A stretch of 64,000 nucleotides of DNA from the NCBI GenBank assembly GCA_949927585.1, contig CATLFA010000003.1:7998-71997 (forward strand), in the 5' to 3' direction. Shown here one piece after another: positions 51,814 through 61,715 of the stretch; position 1 is the stretch's first letter, and each line of letters starts with the position of its first letter. Both the position numbers and the translations under genes were made by a program. The DNA comes from an uncultured Clostridiaceae bacterium (GTDB lineage Bacteria > Bacillota > Clostridia > TANB77 > CAG-508). Below the pieces are notes generated by a model that made no database searches, was not told where the DNA came from, and saw only the letters and a program-made list of their open reading frames with translations.

Positions 51814-52687
51814 TTAATAAAATTCTACTGTATATTTACATTCAAATTCTTGATTTGACCCAATAATTACTATATCATCTTTTTGCCTAAATACTCCTGT
51901 TGTTTTTATTGTATCTGGCGTTGTCATCCATGGTGAAATGCATAAAAATGGAGAGTTTGTTTTTGACCATAATGATAAGTATGGGAAGTTTGAACAGTCT
52001 ACTGATAGTACTTTTCTTCCTGTGTCTTTTAATTTTAATGTTACTTTTTTTGATGTTAAACCTTTCATTATTATTGCATCATTTTTGAACATATCTGGTT
52101 TTAATGTTATTGTTTTCTTATCTTCTTCCATTATATTTTTTGCATATTCTGTTCCTACTAGTCCATCTATTAAATATAGAAAATGTATTCTCTGTTCTTC
52201 TTCTTCAAATTCTAAACAGTAATTTTCATTTTTTAATTGTTCTAAATCTATTTTGAATGCTGGCATAGAGCCTATACCAAATGGCATGTCTACATCGCCT
52301 TCATTTATAATTTTATATATTGTTGTTAGTTTGTTTTCATCTAGCCTATATGTTACAAATAATGAAAATTTATATGGATATTTTTCTAAAATTTTGTCAT
52401 TGCTTCTAAGTACATAAGAATGGAAGTTATCTAACTTTGTAATTGGCTCAAATTCAAAATCTTTGGCAAATCCATTTGCTTGAATTTCATATGTTTTACT
52501 ATTCATTATTGTTTGGTTTTTCTTACATTTACCTACATTTGGAAACAATACTGACCAACGTCTTTTCCAAAATGCTTTTCCATTTGCATCAACTGTTTCT
52601 TCTCCTTGGTGTAACTTTTCTTCTCCATTTAATTTGAAGCTTAATAATTCTGCACCATATTTTGAAGTTAGTATCCCGAGTATACAT
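51814..52687 (-). CDS. Aldose 1-epimerase family protein. Frame interrupted at codon 4, an in-frame CGG (plus-strand CCG 52676-52678).
   Basis: AAGGGAGAA RBS plus ATG TAT ACT CGG. The +1 frame then reads GILTSKYGAELLSFKLNGEEKLHQGEE...WKRRWSVLFPNVGK, continuous with track ORF 51814..52548. Confidence 0.7.
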
Positions 52688-52898
52688 AGATTTCTCCCTT
52701 CTTCGACTATTTTCTTACTATATATTATATTGTTTTTATGTAAATGTCAAGAGATTGTGGATTATTTCTTTATATCTGAATTCTTTTTTATAACTGTATT
52801 AATAAAACTTCTCAAATTTTTATTTACAGATATTAGAAAATACATTATTATATATTTAGTTTTAAAGATTTATACAAAAATCTTTTCATATGATTGTA

Positions 52899-52928
52899 AA
52901 AACCCTGTTGCAGCAACAACAGGGTTTT
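52899..52928. terminator. Hairpin terminator
   Basis: AAAACCCTGTTG-CAGCAA-CAACAGGGTTTT. Confidence 0.6.
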
Positions 52929-53160
52929 CCTTAATCGTTGAATTCTTTTAATATGTATAGCTCTATGACTAAGGCGATTATCTTTGGTAGTGTTTTCATG
53001 TGATTAACTTCCTTCCTACTTTCAAGTAAAAAGTAGTTTTATTATACCTTATGTTAATTATATTCACTATACCTTCGATACAGTTTCTGTTAGTTCAACA
53101 AAAGTTTTTGTTAATAAGAAAAATTTGAGATTTTCAGGTATTTCCTAAAAATCTCAAATG

Positions 53161-55216
53161 TTATATTTCTATTCTATTTATGAATTTCTTCTGTATTAAC
53201 TTATTTAATTTTTCATTTTTCTCTAGTTCTAATTTTGGATCTTCTTGTTCTATTTTTATTGCTAAACTTTGTATACTTTTAAGTATTGGCATGTCTTCAA
53301 ATAAATTTGCTATTTTAAATTCTGGAAGTCCATGTTGTTTCGTTCCAAAGAACTCTCCACTTCCTCTTAATTCTAAGTCTTTTCCAGCTATTATGAAACC
53401 ATCATTTGTTTCTTGCATTATTTTCATACGTTGCCTTATAACTTCTGAATTACCTTGATATTTTAATATACAATAAGACTGATATTCTCCACGACCTACT
53501 CTTCCTCTTAATTGATGAAGTTGTGCTAACCCAAACCTTTCTGCATTTTCTACTATCATTATGCTTGCGTTTGGTACATTTACTCCTACTTCTATAACTG
53601 TGGTTGAAATTAAAATATCTATCTGCTTATCTTTAAATTTTCGCATGATTTCATCTTTTTCTTTTGGTTTCATTTTTCCATGTAAGTATTCTACTTTATA
53701 TTCTGAAAAAACTTCGTTTTTATATTTTTCTGTAAGTTCTAATACTGATTTTGCATTAATTTCTTCGTTCTCTTCTACTAATGGGCATACTATATACGCT
53801 TGCCTTCCCTCATCTATTTGTTTTTTTATAAAATTATTTACTCGCTGTTCCATTGCCTTTGTTACTGCAAATGTGTCTATTTTTTTTCTATTTGGTGGAA
53901 GTTCATCTATAATTGATATATCTAAATCTCCATATAAAATTAGTGCTAATGTTCTTGGTATTGGTGTTGCTGTCATTACTAGTACATCTGGATTTTCTCC
54001 TTTTGATGCTATAATTCCTCTTTGCCTTACTCCAAACCTGTGTTGCTCATCTGTTACTACTAAACCCAAATTTCTGAATCTAACGTTTTCTTCTAATAAA
54101 GCATGTGTTCCTATTAGTATGTCTATTTCTCCATTTTCAAGTTTTTGCAATATCTCTTCTTTTTTCTTTTTAGTTATGCTTCCTATTAATAGTTGACTTT
54201 TTATATTATATTTAGAAAGTACTGCTTCAAAACTTTCTAAATGCTGACTTGCAAGAATTGCAGTTGGAGCCATTATTGCTACTTGATACCCACTTTTTAC
54301 TGCTTTATATGCTGATATCATGGCTACTACTGTTTTTCCGTGAACCTACATCTCCTTGGAGTAATCTATTCATTGACTTTATATTTTCCATATCATTATC
54401 TATTTCTTCTAATACTTTAATTTGTGCTTTTGTTAATTTAAATGGAAGTTCATTTATAACATCTGACATTTTTACTTCTTTTTTAAATTGTATTCCTACT
54501 TCTTCTTTTGTATATTTATTTTTTAATGAAATAAGTGCCATTTGCATAGAAAGTAATTCTTCAAATACTAATCTTTTACGTGCTTTTTCAAATTCCGAAA
54601 AATTTTGTGGAAAGTGTATTTCTTTTGTTGCTTTATTTATCTCATATAAATTATATTCTTCTAATAAATATGTAGGGAGTGTTTCTTCTAAGCCTCCTTC
54701 ACTTTTTACAGCATTTAAACCATTTTCTATAACTTGCCTTATTGTGTTTTGTGAAAGCTTATATGTTAGTGGATATATTGGAATTATTTTGCCTGTATTT
54801 TTGCTAGTTTCTTCTTCATCATAAACTGGAGAGTTCATTTCTATTTTTCCATATTTATTTGAAACTTTTCCATAAAATTTATATTTCTTTCCCAATGTAA
54901 ATTTATTTTTTAAATAGCTTTGGTTAAACCATGTAAGTACACATGATCCTGTGTCGTCTCTAACAATTAGTTTATATATTGCCATGTTTTTTCTAACTCT
55001 TTGTTCACTCATTCTTGATACTATCAGAACTTCAATAAGAGCTTCTTCGCCATCCTTAAGTTCTGCTATTTTCTTTGGCTTTCCTCTATCTTCATATTCT
55101 CTTGGATAATATGTAATTAAGTCTTCCAATGTGTAAATACCTAATTTATTTAATAGTTCAGCTCTATTAGGTCCTACACCTTTTATATATTGTATTTGCT
55201 TATTTAAATCTATCAT
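53161..55216 (-). CDS. recG: ATP-dependent DNA helicase RecG. Frame interrupted in the Walker A codons at in-frame CGG (plus-strand CCG 54338-54340).
   Basis: N-terminal wedge domain ORF 54305..55216 ends ...LLQGDVGS. The +1 frame continues GKTVVAMISAYKAV...VVTDEQHRFGV...QLRGRVGRG. Confidence 0.9.
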
Positions 55217-55346
55217 ACCTTCTCCTTTTTTGTTATTTTATCATGAACTTTTGTTTTTTTAAAGGGTGAATTTGCATTTTTTAAATTTTATTTTGTAAGT
55301 TAAAAGAAAAAGCATAGGTACACTAATTACCTATGCTTTTTCTTTA

Positions 55347-55679
55347 TTAATCCAATACTTCATATGCATTTGCAATGTAAATTTCAAATGTAGTATTATT
55401 CCCTATAGTACCTGTACTACAATATGTTACTTTAAGATTTCCAAATGTTGTTTCTTCAATTTTTCTCGCAAAATCTTCTACAAAATTTTTTGTATCAGTT
55501 TCTATTTCTAAATCTTCATCATAATTCCACCAAACCAATATGTGAGTAGATCTTATATTTACTTTTATTTGTTCTCTACATGGTAAACTATAATACTCAT
55601 CTATCGAAATATTAGCTATAAATTTGCAATAAAAAGCTGTAATTAAATCTTGTAAATCACATTTCCGCACTTTTTTCAT
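55347..55679 (-). CDS. Hypothetical protein (110 aa)
   Basis: AGGAGG RBS. Codon 5 is a normally read in-frame CGG (55665-55667). Confidence 0.4.
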   Translation of the reverse strand: MKKVRKCDLQDLITAFYCKFIANISIDEYYSLPCREQIKVNIRSTHILVWWNYDEDLEIETDTKNFVEDFARKIEETTFGNLKVTYCSTGTIGNNTTFEIYIANAYEVLD

Positions 55680-55878
55680 TTTTTGTCCTCCTATTTATTA
55701 AGACATTAGCAATTTATATATTGGTTATATAAAATTGCATTACTATTTGTTACTTTAAGTATTTTATCATACCTTTATGTCAATTGCAAGCGTTTTTATA
55801 TTTTAAAGCAAAATAAAGAAGAGATTTAAAATTCTCTTCTTTACTTTGTTTTCTCTATACATAGAGAGTATGAGTGAA

Positions 55879-56328
55879 TTACCTTTCTTTTTTAATTAAA
55901 AACATTTCATTTCCTGTCTGAACAGCCATGTAAACTTCTCTTTTGCCAACTGAATTCTTTGATACTTCAACAGTGTCTCCGTTGTGCATTTCTAAGATTG
56001 CTTCGTAGTAATACCTGCCTGCAATTCTTTTGGAATCTGTCTTTAGTTGTGACGCATATGGAATAATAACTAAAAGATATTCCTCTGTATCACCACTATC
56101 GAGTTCCCCATTAAAGATTAAAATGTCTTTATAACCATCAGTTTTCTCTTCAATTGTATGACCTCCATAAATATAAGTTGTTGTTACACAGGTATTTCCA
56201 AATGAAATATTGCCAAATGCTAATGAATACCGACCAACAATCGGCTTGTCTATGCCGTATACAACTTCATAACCTGCTTGTGCTTCTTTTCCTTTTAACT
56301 GTACCACTTTTCCAAACATAGACTTCAC
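55879..56328 (-). CDS. Hypothetical protein (149 aa)
   Basis: AAAGGAGTG RBS. Contains a normally read in-frame CGG (56230-56232). Confidence 0.4.
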   Translation of the reverse strand: MKSMFGKVVQLKGKEAQAGYEVVYGIDKPIVGRYSLAFGNISFGNTCVTTTYIYGGHTIEEKTDGYKDILIFNGELDSGDTEEYLLVIIPYASQLKTDSKRIAGRYYYEAILEMHNGDTVEVSKNSVGKREVYMAVQTGNEMFLIKKER

Positions 56329-56401
56329 TCCTTTTTATTAAATTTTTATTATTAACATTATATTTATATATTATCATACCTTTATGTTGATTGCAACTTT
56401 T

Positions 56402-56791
56402 CTAAAAAATATTCTTTATTTGTAAAGCTGTTTTCTCTTTTATATGTTCTAATATAAATATACAGTTATTTAAATCAGGAATACCTTGCTCATATTCTTT
56501 AACTTCTATATTTCCTTTTAAAGAAACTAGTTCTGTTTCTACTTTTTCTAATTCATCATGTTCTATATAATATGCTAATTTTTTATGCCTTTCATTCCAA
56601 TTATTTACTATATCCTCTATTTGATTATTTAAATCTTCTTCATTTTGCTCTTCTGAAATCATATTTTTCTTTAAATCTTCTAAATTACCTGTCATTAAAG
56701 CTACTGATTCCTTTGTATAATTTTCTGTAAGTATATTTAAACCAACTACAATTATTATAACAATTGAGCAAATTATAATTTCTTTATACAT
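56402..56791 (-). CDS. DUF4363-like small membrane-anchored protein
   Basis: N-terminal TM segment plus a helical region. It typically pairs with the upstream DUF421 (YetF-like) gene (recall). Confidence 0.5.
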   Translation of the reverse strand: MYKEIIICSIVIIIVVGLNILTENYTKESVALMTGNLEDLKKNMISEEQNEEDLNNQIEDIVNNWNERHKKLAYYIEHDELEKVETELVSLKGNIEVKEYEQGIPDLNNCIFILEHIKEKTALQIKNIF

Positions 56792-56865
56792 TTTCAAACA
56801 CCTTTCATACATATTTTTAAAGGGATGTCCCAAATTGTCCCATTTGTCTCAATTGGGGACTGTCC

Positions 56866-57546
56866 CTAATTGTCCTTTTTTTGTTTTGCTTGGCAGAAAA
56901 AGTTCCCTTTTCCGTCTATTGTTACTAGTAGGGCTTGTTCTGGCATTATTTCGTAGGGCTCTACTTGTTTTACTAGCCAGTTATAGTCTTTGTCTAATTT
57001 TTGTAAATTTTCTCTCATTATTTTTCCATCTACTACTAAGTCATATGATATTCCTTCATATTCTGGCATTATTCCAAAATCTTCTGGTATCGTTGTTCTT
57101 TTATTTGGTTTCTGTATTACTGTTACTTGTCCACTCGTTTCTAGTATTGCATACTCTACATCTCCTATATTGAATATGTTTTGATCTCTTAGTTTTTCTT
57201 CTAACTCATTTATTGTAAATCTTTCTTTTTTTAATTTATCTTCTTGTATTTTTCCTCTATATATTAATATAGAAGGTTTTCCACATATTATTTCTCTTGC
57301 CTTTATGCTTTTTAGGTTAATTAATGAAATTGTTAGGTGCATTACTAACAAACCTAAAATTGGTATTATTCCACTTGTGATAGGTATACCAGATTCTGCC
57401 ATTGGTATTGTTGCTAAATCTGCAATCATTATTGATATTGCAAGTTCAAAGGGTTGGAGTTGACCGATTTCTCTTTTTCCCATAAATCTCATTACTACTA
57501 AAACTAATATGTATAATATTATTGTTCTAAAAAAAGTTAATAACAT
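56866..57546 (-). CDS. DUF421 (YetF-family) membrane protein
   Basis: MLLTFFRTIILYILVLVVMRFMGKREIGQLQPFELAISIMIADLA is the characteristic YetF N-terminus. Confidence 0.7.
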   Translation of the reverse strand: MLLTFFRTIILYILVLVVMRFMGKREIGQLQPFELAISIMIADLATIPMAESGIPITSGIIPILGLLVMHLTISLINLKSIKAREIICGKPSILIYRGKIQEDKLKKERFTINELEEKLRDQNIFNIGDVEYAILETSGQVTVIQKPNKRTTIPEDFGIMPEYEGISYDLVVDGKIMRENLQKLDKDYNWLVKQVEPYEIMPEQALLVTIDGKGNFFCQAKQKKDN

Positions 57547-57699
57547 AAAAAAATCTCTCCTTTTACATTTATTTTTCACGTTTTTTTTTCATTTATTCAT
57601 TTTTTGAATATAAAAAGCAAAAATGTAAATAATAAAATTATTGAGAAGTATGTAAATTTATTAAATTTGCAAATTTTTCTTAAGCAAGGAGGTTTTATT

Positions 57700-58074
57700 A
57701 TGTCAGAAAACCAAACTCATAGTCAAACTAGAAGTGGTGCTAGCATGATATGGCAAATAGTAGGAAGATTAGTTAGTGCAGCAATCGTTCTTGCAATTAC
57801 TGCTTTCTTTACACCAGGGTTTCAAATAAATAATATTTGGACATTAATTGCAGCTGCTGTTGTTCTTACTGTTATAGATTATTTAATTGTAAAATTTACT
57901 GGTCTACATGCTAGTTCATTCGGTAAAGGCTTTGTTGGATTTGTACTTTCTGCAATCGTATTATATGTAACACAATACTTTGTTGCAGGATATACAATTT
58001 CATGGATGGCTGCCATAGTAGGTGCTTTAATCTACGGTGTTGTAGATTACTTCTTACCTGGCGAACAACAATAG
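57700..58074 (+). CDS. Small integral membrane protein (holin-4/DUF360-like)
   Basis: GGAGG RBS and four predicted TM helices. The family assignment is tentative. Confidence 0.45.
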   Translation: MSENQTHSQTRSGASMIWQIVGRLVSAAIVLAITAFFTPGFQINNIWTLIAAAVVLTVIDYLIVKFTGLHASSFGKGFVGFVLSAIVLYVTQYFVAGYTISWMAAIVGALIYGVVDYFLPGEQQ

Positions 58075-58287
58075 TTAAACTTTTAAAAGGACGCTTCCAA
58101 AAATTTTTATTTTTGAAATTTTGGAAACGCCCTTTTACTATAATTATTTATTGATATTTTGGAAATTTTCAGAACTGTCCTTAAATTTTAAAATTCTTTT
58201 TTGTTTTTAGTCATACTTTTGAATTTGTCTAATATACATTAATTAAACAAGTTTATAGTACAAACATTTAAGGAGGTATATTTTTTA

Positions 58288-59769
58288 ATGGATGAAAATT
58301 TATTAGTTTATCAAGATATAGCAAAACGTACTGATGGAGATATCTATGTAGGAGTTGTTGGACCTGTAAGAACTGGTAAGTCTACTTTTATAAAAAAGTT
58401 TATGGATTTGCTTGTTATTCCTAATATTGATAATGAATACAAAAGAGAAAGAGCTTTAGATGAGCTTCCTCAAAGTGCTTCTGGAAGAACTATTATGACT
58501 ACTGAGCCTAAGTTTATTCCTAATGAAGCCGTGGAAATTACTTTAGGAGATAATATTAAATTGAAAACTAGGCTTGTTGATTGTGTAGGATATTTAGTTA
58601 ACAATGCTATTGGTTATTTAGAAGATGATGTGCCAAGAATGGTTAAAACTCCTTGGAATGATGATGAGATTCCTTTTGAAATTGCTGCTGAAATTGGTAC
58701 TAAAAAGGTAATTACTGAGCATTCTACTATTGGTATTTTGGTTACAACTGATGGCTCTATTACTGATATTCCAAGAGAAGACTATATTGAGGCTGAAGAA
58801 AGGGTTGTTAGTGAATTAAAGGCTTTAAATAAACCTTTTGTTATTGTATTAAATACTGCCGATATTAATTCTGACTATACAAAAGAACTTGCTAGAAATT
58901 TAGAGGAAAAATATTGTGTACCTGTAATTCCTACTAATTGTTCTATACTTGATTTTGACGATATTAATAATATATTTGGTAAGATATTATATCAATTCCC
59001 AATTGAACAAATTAATATTAATTTCCCTCGTTGGGTAGATGGGCTCCCAGATTCACATTGGCTAAAACAAGAATTACATTTAGAAATAAAAGAAGCTTTT
59101 AGCGATATTCGTTTACTAAAACAAATAGACAGTGGTATAACTAAAATTCAAAAAACAGAAGTTATTAAGAAAACTGTTGTTGATGAGATTCTACTTGGAA
59201 ATGGAAATGTTAATATTTCTATCGATTTAAAGGATGACTTATTTTATAAAGTACTTACTGAAATTTCTGGAGTGGAAATTTCAAATGAAGGGGATTTATT
59301 CTCTACTATAACTTCTTTTGCTCAAACTAAGAAAGAATATGATAAAATTGCATATGCACTAGAAAGCGTTAAGGCTACTGGTTATGGTATAGTTACACCT
59401 TCTATGGATGAACTTATTTTAGACGAACCTGAAATGGTTAAACAAGGTTCTAGGTTTGGTGTTAAGTTAAAAGCTAAAGCTCCTTCTATACATATGATAA
59501 GAGCTGATATTGAAACTGAGGTTTCGCCTATTGTTGGTAGTGAAAAGCAATCTGAAGAACTTGTTAATTACTTACTTTCTGAATTTGAAAGTGACCCGCA
59601 AAAAATATGGGAATCTAATATATTTGGAAAGAGCTTACATGAACTTGTTAATGAGGGATTACAAAATAAACTTTGCAGAATGCCTGAGGATGCTCAAGGT
59701 AAGCTTCAAGAAACCTTGGAAAGAATTGTTAATGAGGGCTCTGGTGGACTTATTTGTATAATTTTATAA
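58288..59769 (+). CDS. spoIVA: Stage IV sporulation protein A
   Basis: YQDIAKRTDGDIYVGVVGPVRTGKSTFIKKFMDLLVIPNI...ELPQSASGRTIMTTEPKFIP is diagnostic. 493 aa. Confidence 0.96.
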   Translation: MDENLLVYQDIAKRTDGDIYVGVVGPVRTGKSTFIKKFMDLLVIPNIDNEYKRERALDELPQSASGRTIMTTEPKFIPNEAVEITLGDNIKLKTRLVDCVGYLVNNAIGYLEDDVPRMVKTPWNDDEIPFEIAAEIGTKKVITEHSTIGILVTTDGSITDIPREDYIEAEERVVSELKALNKPFVIVLNTADINSDYTKELARNLEEKYCVPVIPTNCSILDFDDINNIFGKILYQFPIEQININFPRWVDGLPDSHWLKQELHLEIKEAFSDIRLLKQIDSGITKIQKTEVIKKTVVDEILLGNGNVNISIDLKDDLFYKVLTEISGVEISNEGDLFSTITSFAQTKKEYDKIAYALESVKATGYGIVTPSMDELILDEPEMVKQGSRFGVKLKAKAPSIHMIRADIETEVSPIVGSEKQSEELVNYLLSEFESDPQKIWESNIFGKSLHELVNEGLQNKLCRMPEDAQGKLQETLERIVNEGSGGLICIIL

Positions 59770-59939
59770 GGGATGTTAGAAGTTAGAGTTTAAAAGTTAG
59801 AAATCCTATTTAGGATAAAATATTAATATAGATAAAATTTAAATTTGTTGTATTTTTATAGAGGTTGCTTACTAGCAACCTCTATGTTTAAATTTTTATT
59901 ACTTTTATAATTTTGCTCTTTGTTTATATATGCATTATT

Positions 59940-60953
59940 CTATGTTTTATTTACATTTTCATTGTTTTCTTTGTCTTGGGTTATATTATTTACTATATCA
60001 GTAGTTTCATTTGTTGTTGTGTTTGTTGTTTCATTTGTAGTTTCATTTACTATACTATTTGATATTGTGTTTGTTACATCATTTACTATCTCATTTTTTG
60101 TTTCATTTGATATATTATTTTCTATTTCGTTTTTTGGTTTTGTATTATCTTCTGGTTTATAAGTTAACCATGGATTGTTTGAATTTGTATCTGTTGGATC
60201 CCAATTTCTTAAATAATCTGGGTAAGAAGATATTTTCTTGGCTGTCGGCTTTCCTAATGGTCCTGGATTAGAGTCACTATAAAATTCTACTTTTGTTCCT
60301 TTTGCACAATTATTGAAAATCCATTTTGCATCTTTTACTGTCAATCGTACACAACCTGCTGATGCATATGTTCCTAATTTATCATACTCCCAATATTCTA
60401 AACTTGCTGGATCTCCTTTTGTTAGGTATGGTACTGAGTGGAATAATATATTTCCTGTTATTTGTGTGCTATAATGTCCCCATACATATCCTTCAAGCCT
60501 TAGCCATTCCCACCTTGCTGGAATAGAATATACTCCTGATTTAGGGGTTGCAACACCTGTTGAACATACCATTGCTTTAACTGGCTTTGTATAGTTTCCT
60601 TCGCTATCTTTTTGATATATTGTTACTACTTGTGCTCCATAATTTACTTTTATATAATATGGCATTTTGTTTTTAGTATTATTATTTTCTTTTGGATTTT
60701 CATTTTTTGCAGTATTTCCTTGTTCTATGTTCAGTTGTGTTGACTGTTCTTCCTCGTTTTCTAATTCATCTATATCTATATATTCACCATCTGGCTCTTC
60801 TATATTTATTTCTTCTATGTCATCTATTTTTGCTACTTGTTTTCCTTTTGGTTTTAAGAAATTAAAAGAAACTATTCCTACAACTGCTATTATTGCTAGT
60901 ATAATACTTACTATAATTATTGTTCTTTTAGGATTTACTATTTTATATCTCAT
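59940..60953 (-). CDS. L,D-transpeptidase (YkuD family) with an N-terminal TM anchor and a low-complexity N/T/E-rich C-terminal tail
   Basis: Catalytic block HSVPYL...ASAGCVRLTVKDAKWIFNN. Tail NETTNETTNTTTNETT. Confidence 0.8.
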   Translation of the reverse strand: MRYKIVNPKRTIIIVSIILAIIAVVGIVSFNFLKPKGKQVAKIDDIEEINIEEPDGEYIDIDELENEEEQSTQLNIEQGNTAKNENPKENNNTKNKMPYYIKVNYGAQVVTIYQKDSEGNYTKPVKAMVCSTGVATPKSGVYSIPARWEWLRLEGYVWGHYSTQITGNILFHSVPYLTKGDPASLEYWEYDKLGTYASAGCVRLTVKDAKWIFNNCAKGTKVEFYSDSNPGPLGKPTAKKISSYPDYLRNWDPTDTNSNNPWLTYKPEDNTKPKNEIENNISNETKNEIVNDVTNTISNSIVNETTNETTNTTTNETTDIVNNITQDKENNENVNKT

Positions 60954-61172
60954 TTCAATACCCCTTTTTACTTTTTATATAAAACGATTAAAAATGCATT
61001 ATATTTATCAGATTTATGTTATCTTTTAATACTTATATATTTATTATATATTAACATTTTAATAATTTCAACTGTATTATTTATAAATCTATCTTTTTTA
61101 TTTACTTTTTATGTTAATTATAGTAAAATATATTCATGTACTAATTAAACTTTGTATAGAAAGGATGAACAT

Positions 61173-61685
61173 ATGAATAATTTAGAGTTTATCACAAAAA
61201 GTGCAAATGGTAAAAGTATTTTTAATCGGTTTAATAGTCATATTCATAAAAATGTAAATTTTGAAACTTTAGTTAAAGCCTTATCTGGCTTACATTTATG
61301 TAATGAGTTCCACAAAGAAGTTGTTGATATGAAATGTGTAATTGGAAAATGTGACTGTGTACCTATTACGAAAAACGATGAAATTATATATGTCATTCGT
61401 AAAGGTAGAAAAGGTCCTACTCCAATGGTAAAAAAACGCCTGCCCATGGATTCTTCTTGTATTACTGTAGTATTAAAAAGAATAGAAGATGATAATTATA
61501 TTTTGTTATCTTCATATATTGGCAGTGAAAGTACTCCTGAGCCGTGGGATTCAAATTTCTATAATCAGTTTACTTGGAAAAAGAACCCTAATATTGACGA
61601 ATTAGCTTATGCAAAGTCGATAGAATTCTGGAATACTCATGCACTTATTTATAACAAAGATGAAATTTCTTTGTTGCTCTCTTAG
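61173..61685 (+). CDS. Hypothetical protein (170 aa)
   Basis: AAAGGA RBS. Contains a normally read in-frame CGG (61227-61229). Confidence 0.4.
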   Translation: MNNLEFITKSANGKSIFNRFNSHIHKNVNFETLVKALSGLHLCNEFHKEVVDMKCVIGKCDCVPITKNDEIIYVIRKGRKGPTPMVKKRLPMDSSCITVVLKRIEDDNYILLSSYIGSESTPEPWDSNFYNQFTWKKNPNIDELAYAKSIEFWNTHALIYNKDEISLLLS

Positions 61686-61715
61686 GAAAATATGAAAAGA
61701 AAGTTTTAGACACAA

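Noticed and set aside
51462-51866. Plus-strand ORF of 134 aa spanning the small membrane gene and the 44-nt element.
   Set aside because: It has no RBS and lies antisense to a better-supported minus-strand ORF. It reads through intergenic repeat sequence.
52931-53020. 21-codon minus-strand ORF (MKTLPKIIALVIELYILKEFND) with a GGAAGG RBS upstream of a terminator.
   Set aside because: It is too short and unsupported by any other evidence, so it is not listed as a feature.
59772-59805. GTTAGA-type short repeats downstream of spoIVA, with a similar string at 22890-22915 upstream of the gerA-family gene, considered as a CRISPR or regulatory array.
   Set aside because: There are only three irregular 6-7 nt repeats with no spacer structure. 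This is too short to distinguish from chance in AT-rich DNA. No CRISPR array exists in the window.
59920-60162. Plus-strand ORF with repetitive FVVS/FTI sequence.
   Set aside because: It is antisense to the low-complexity NETT-repeat tail of the L,D-transpeptidase and is an artefact of the repeat.
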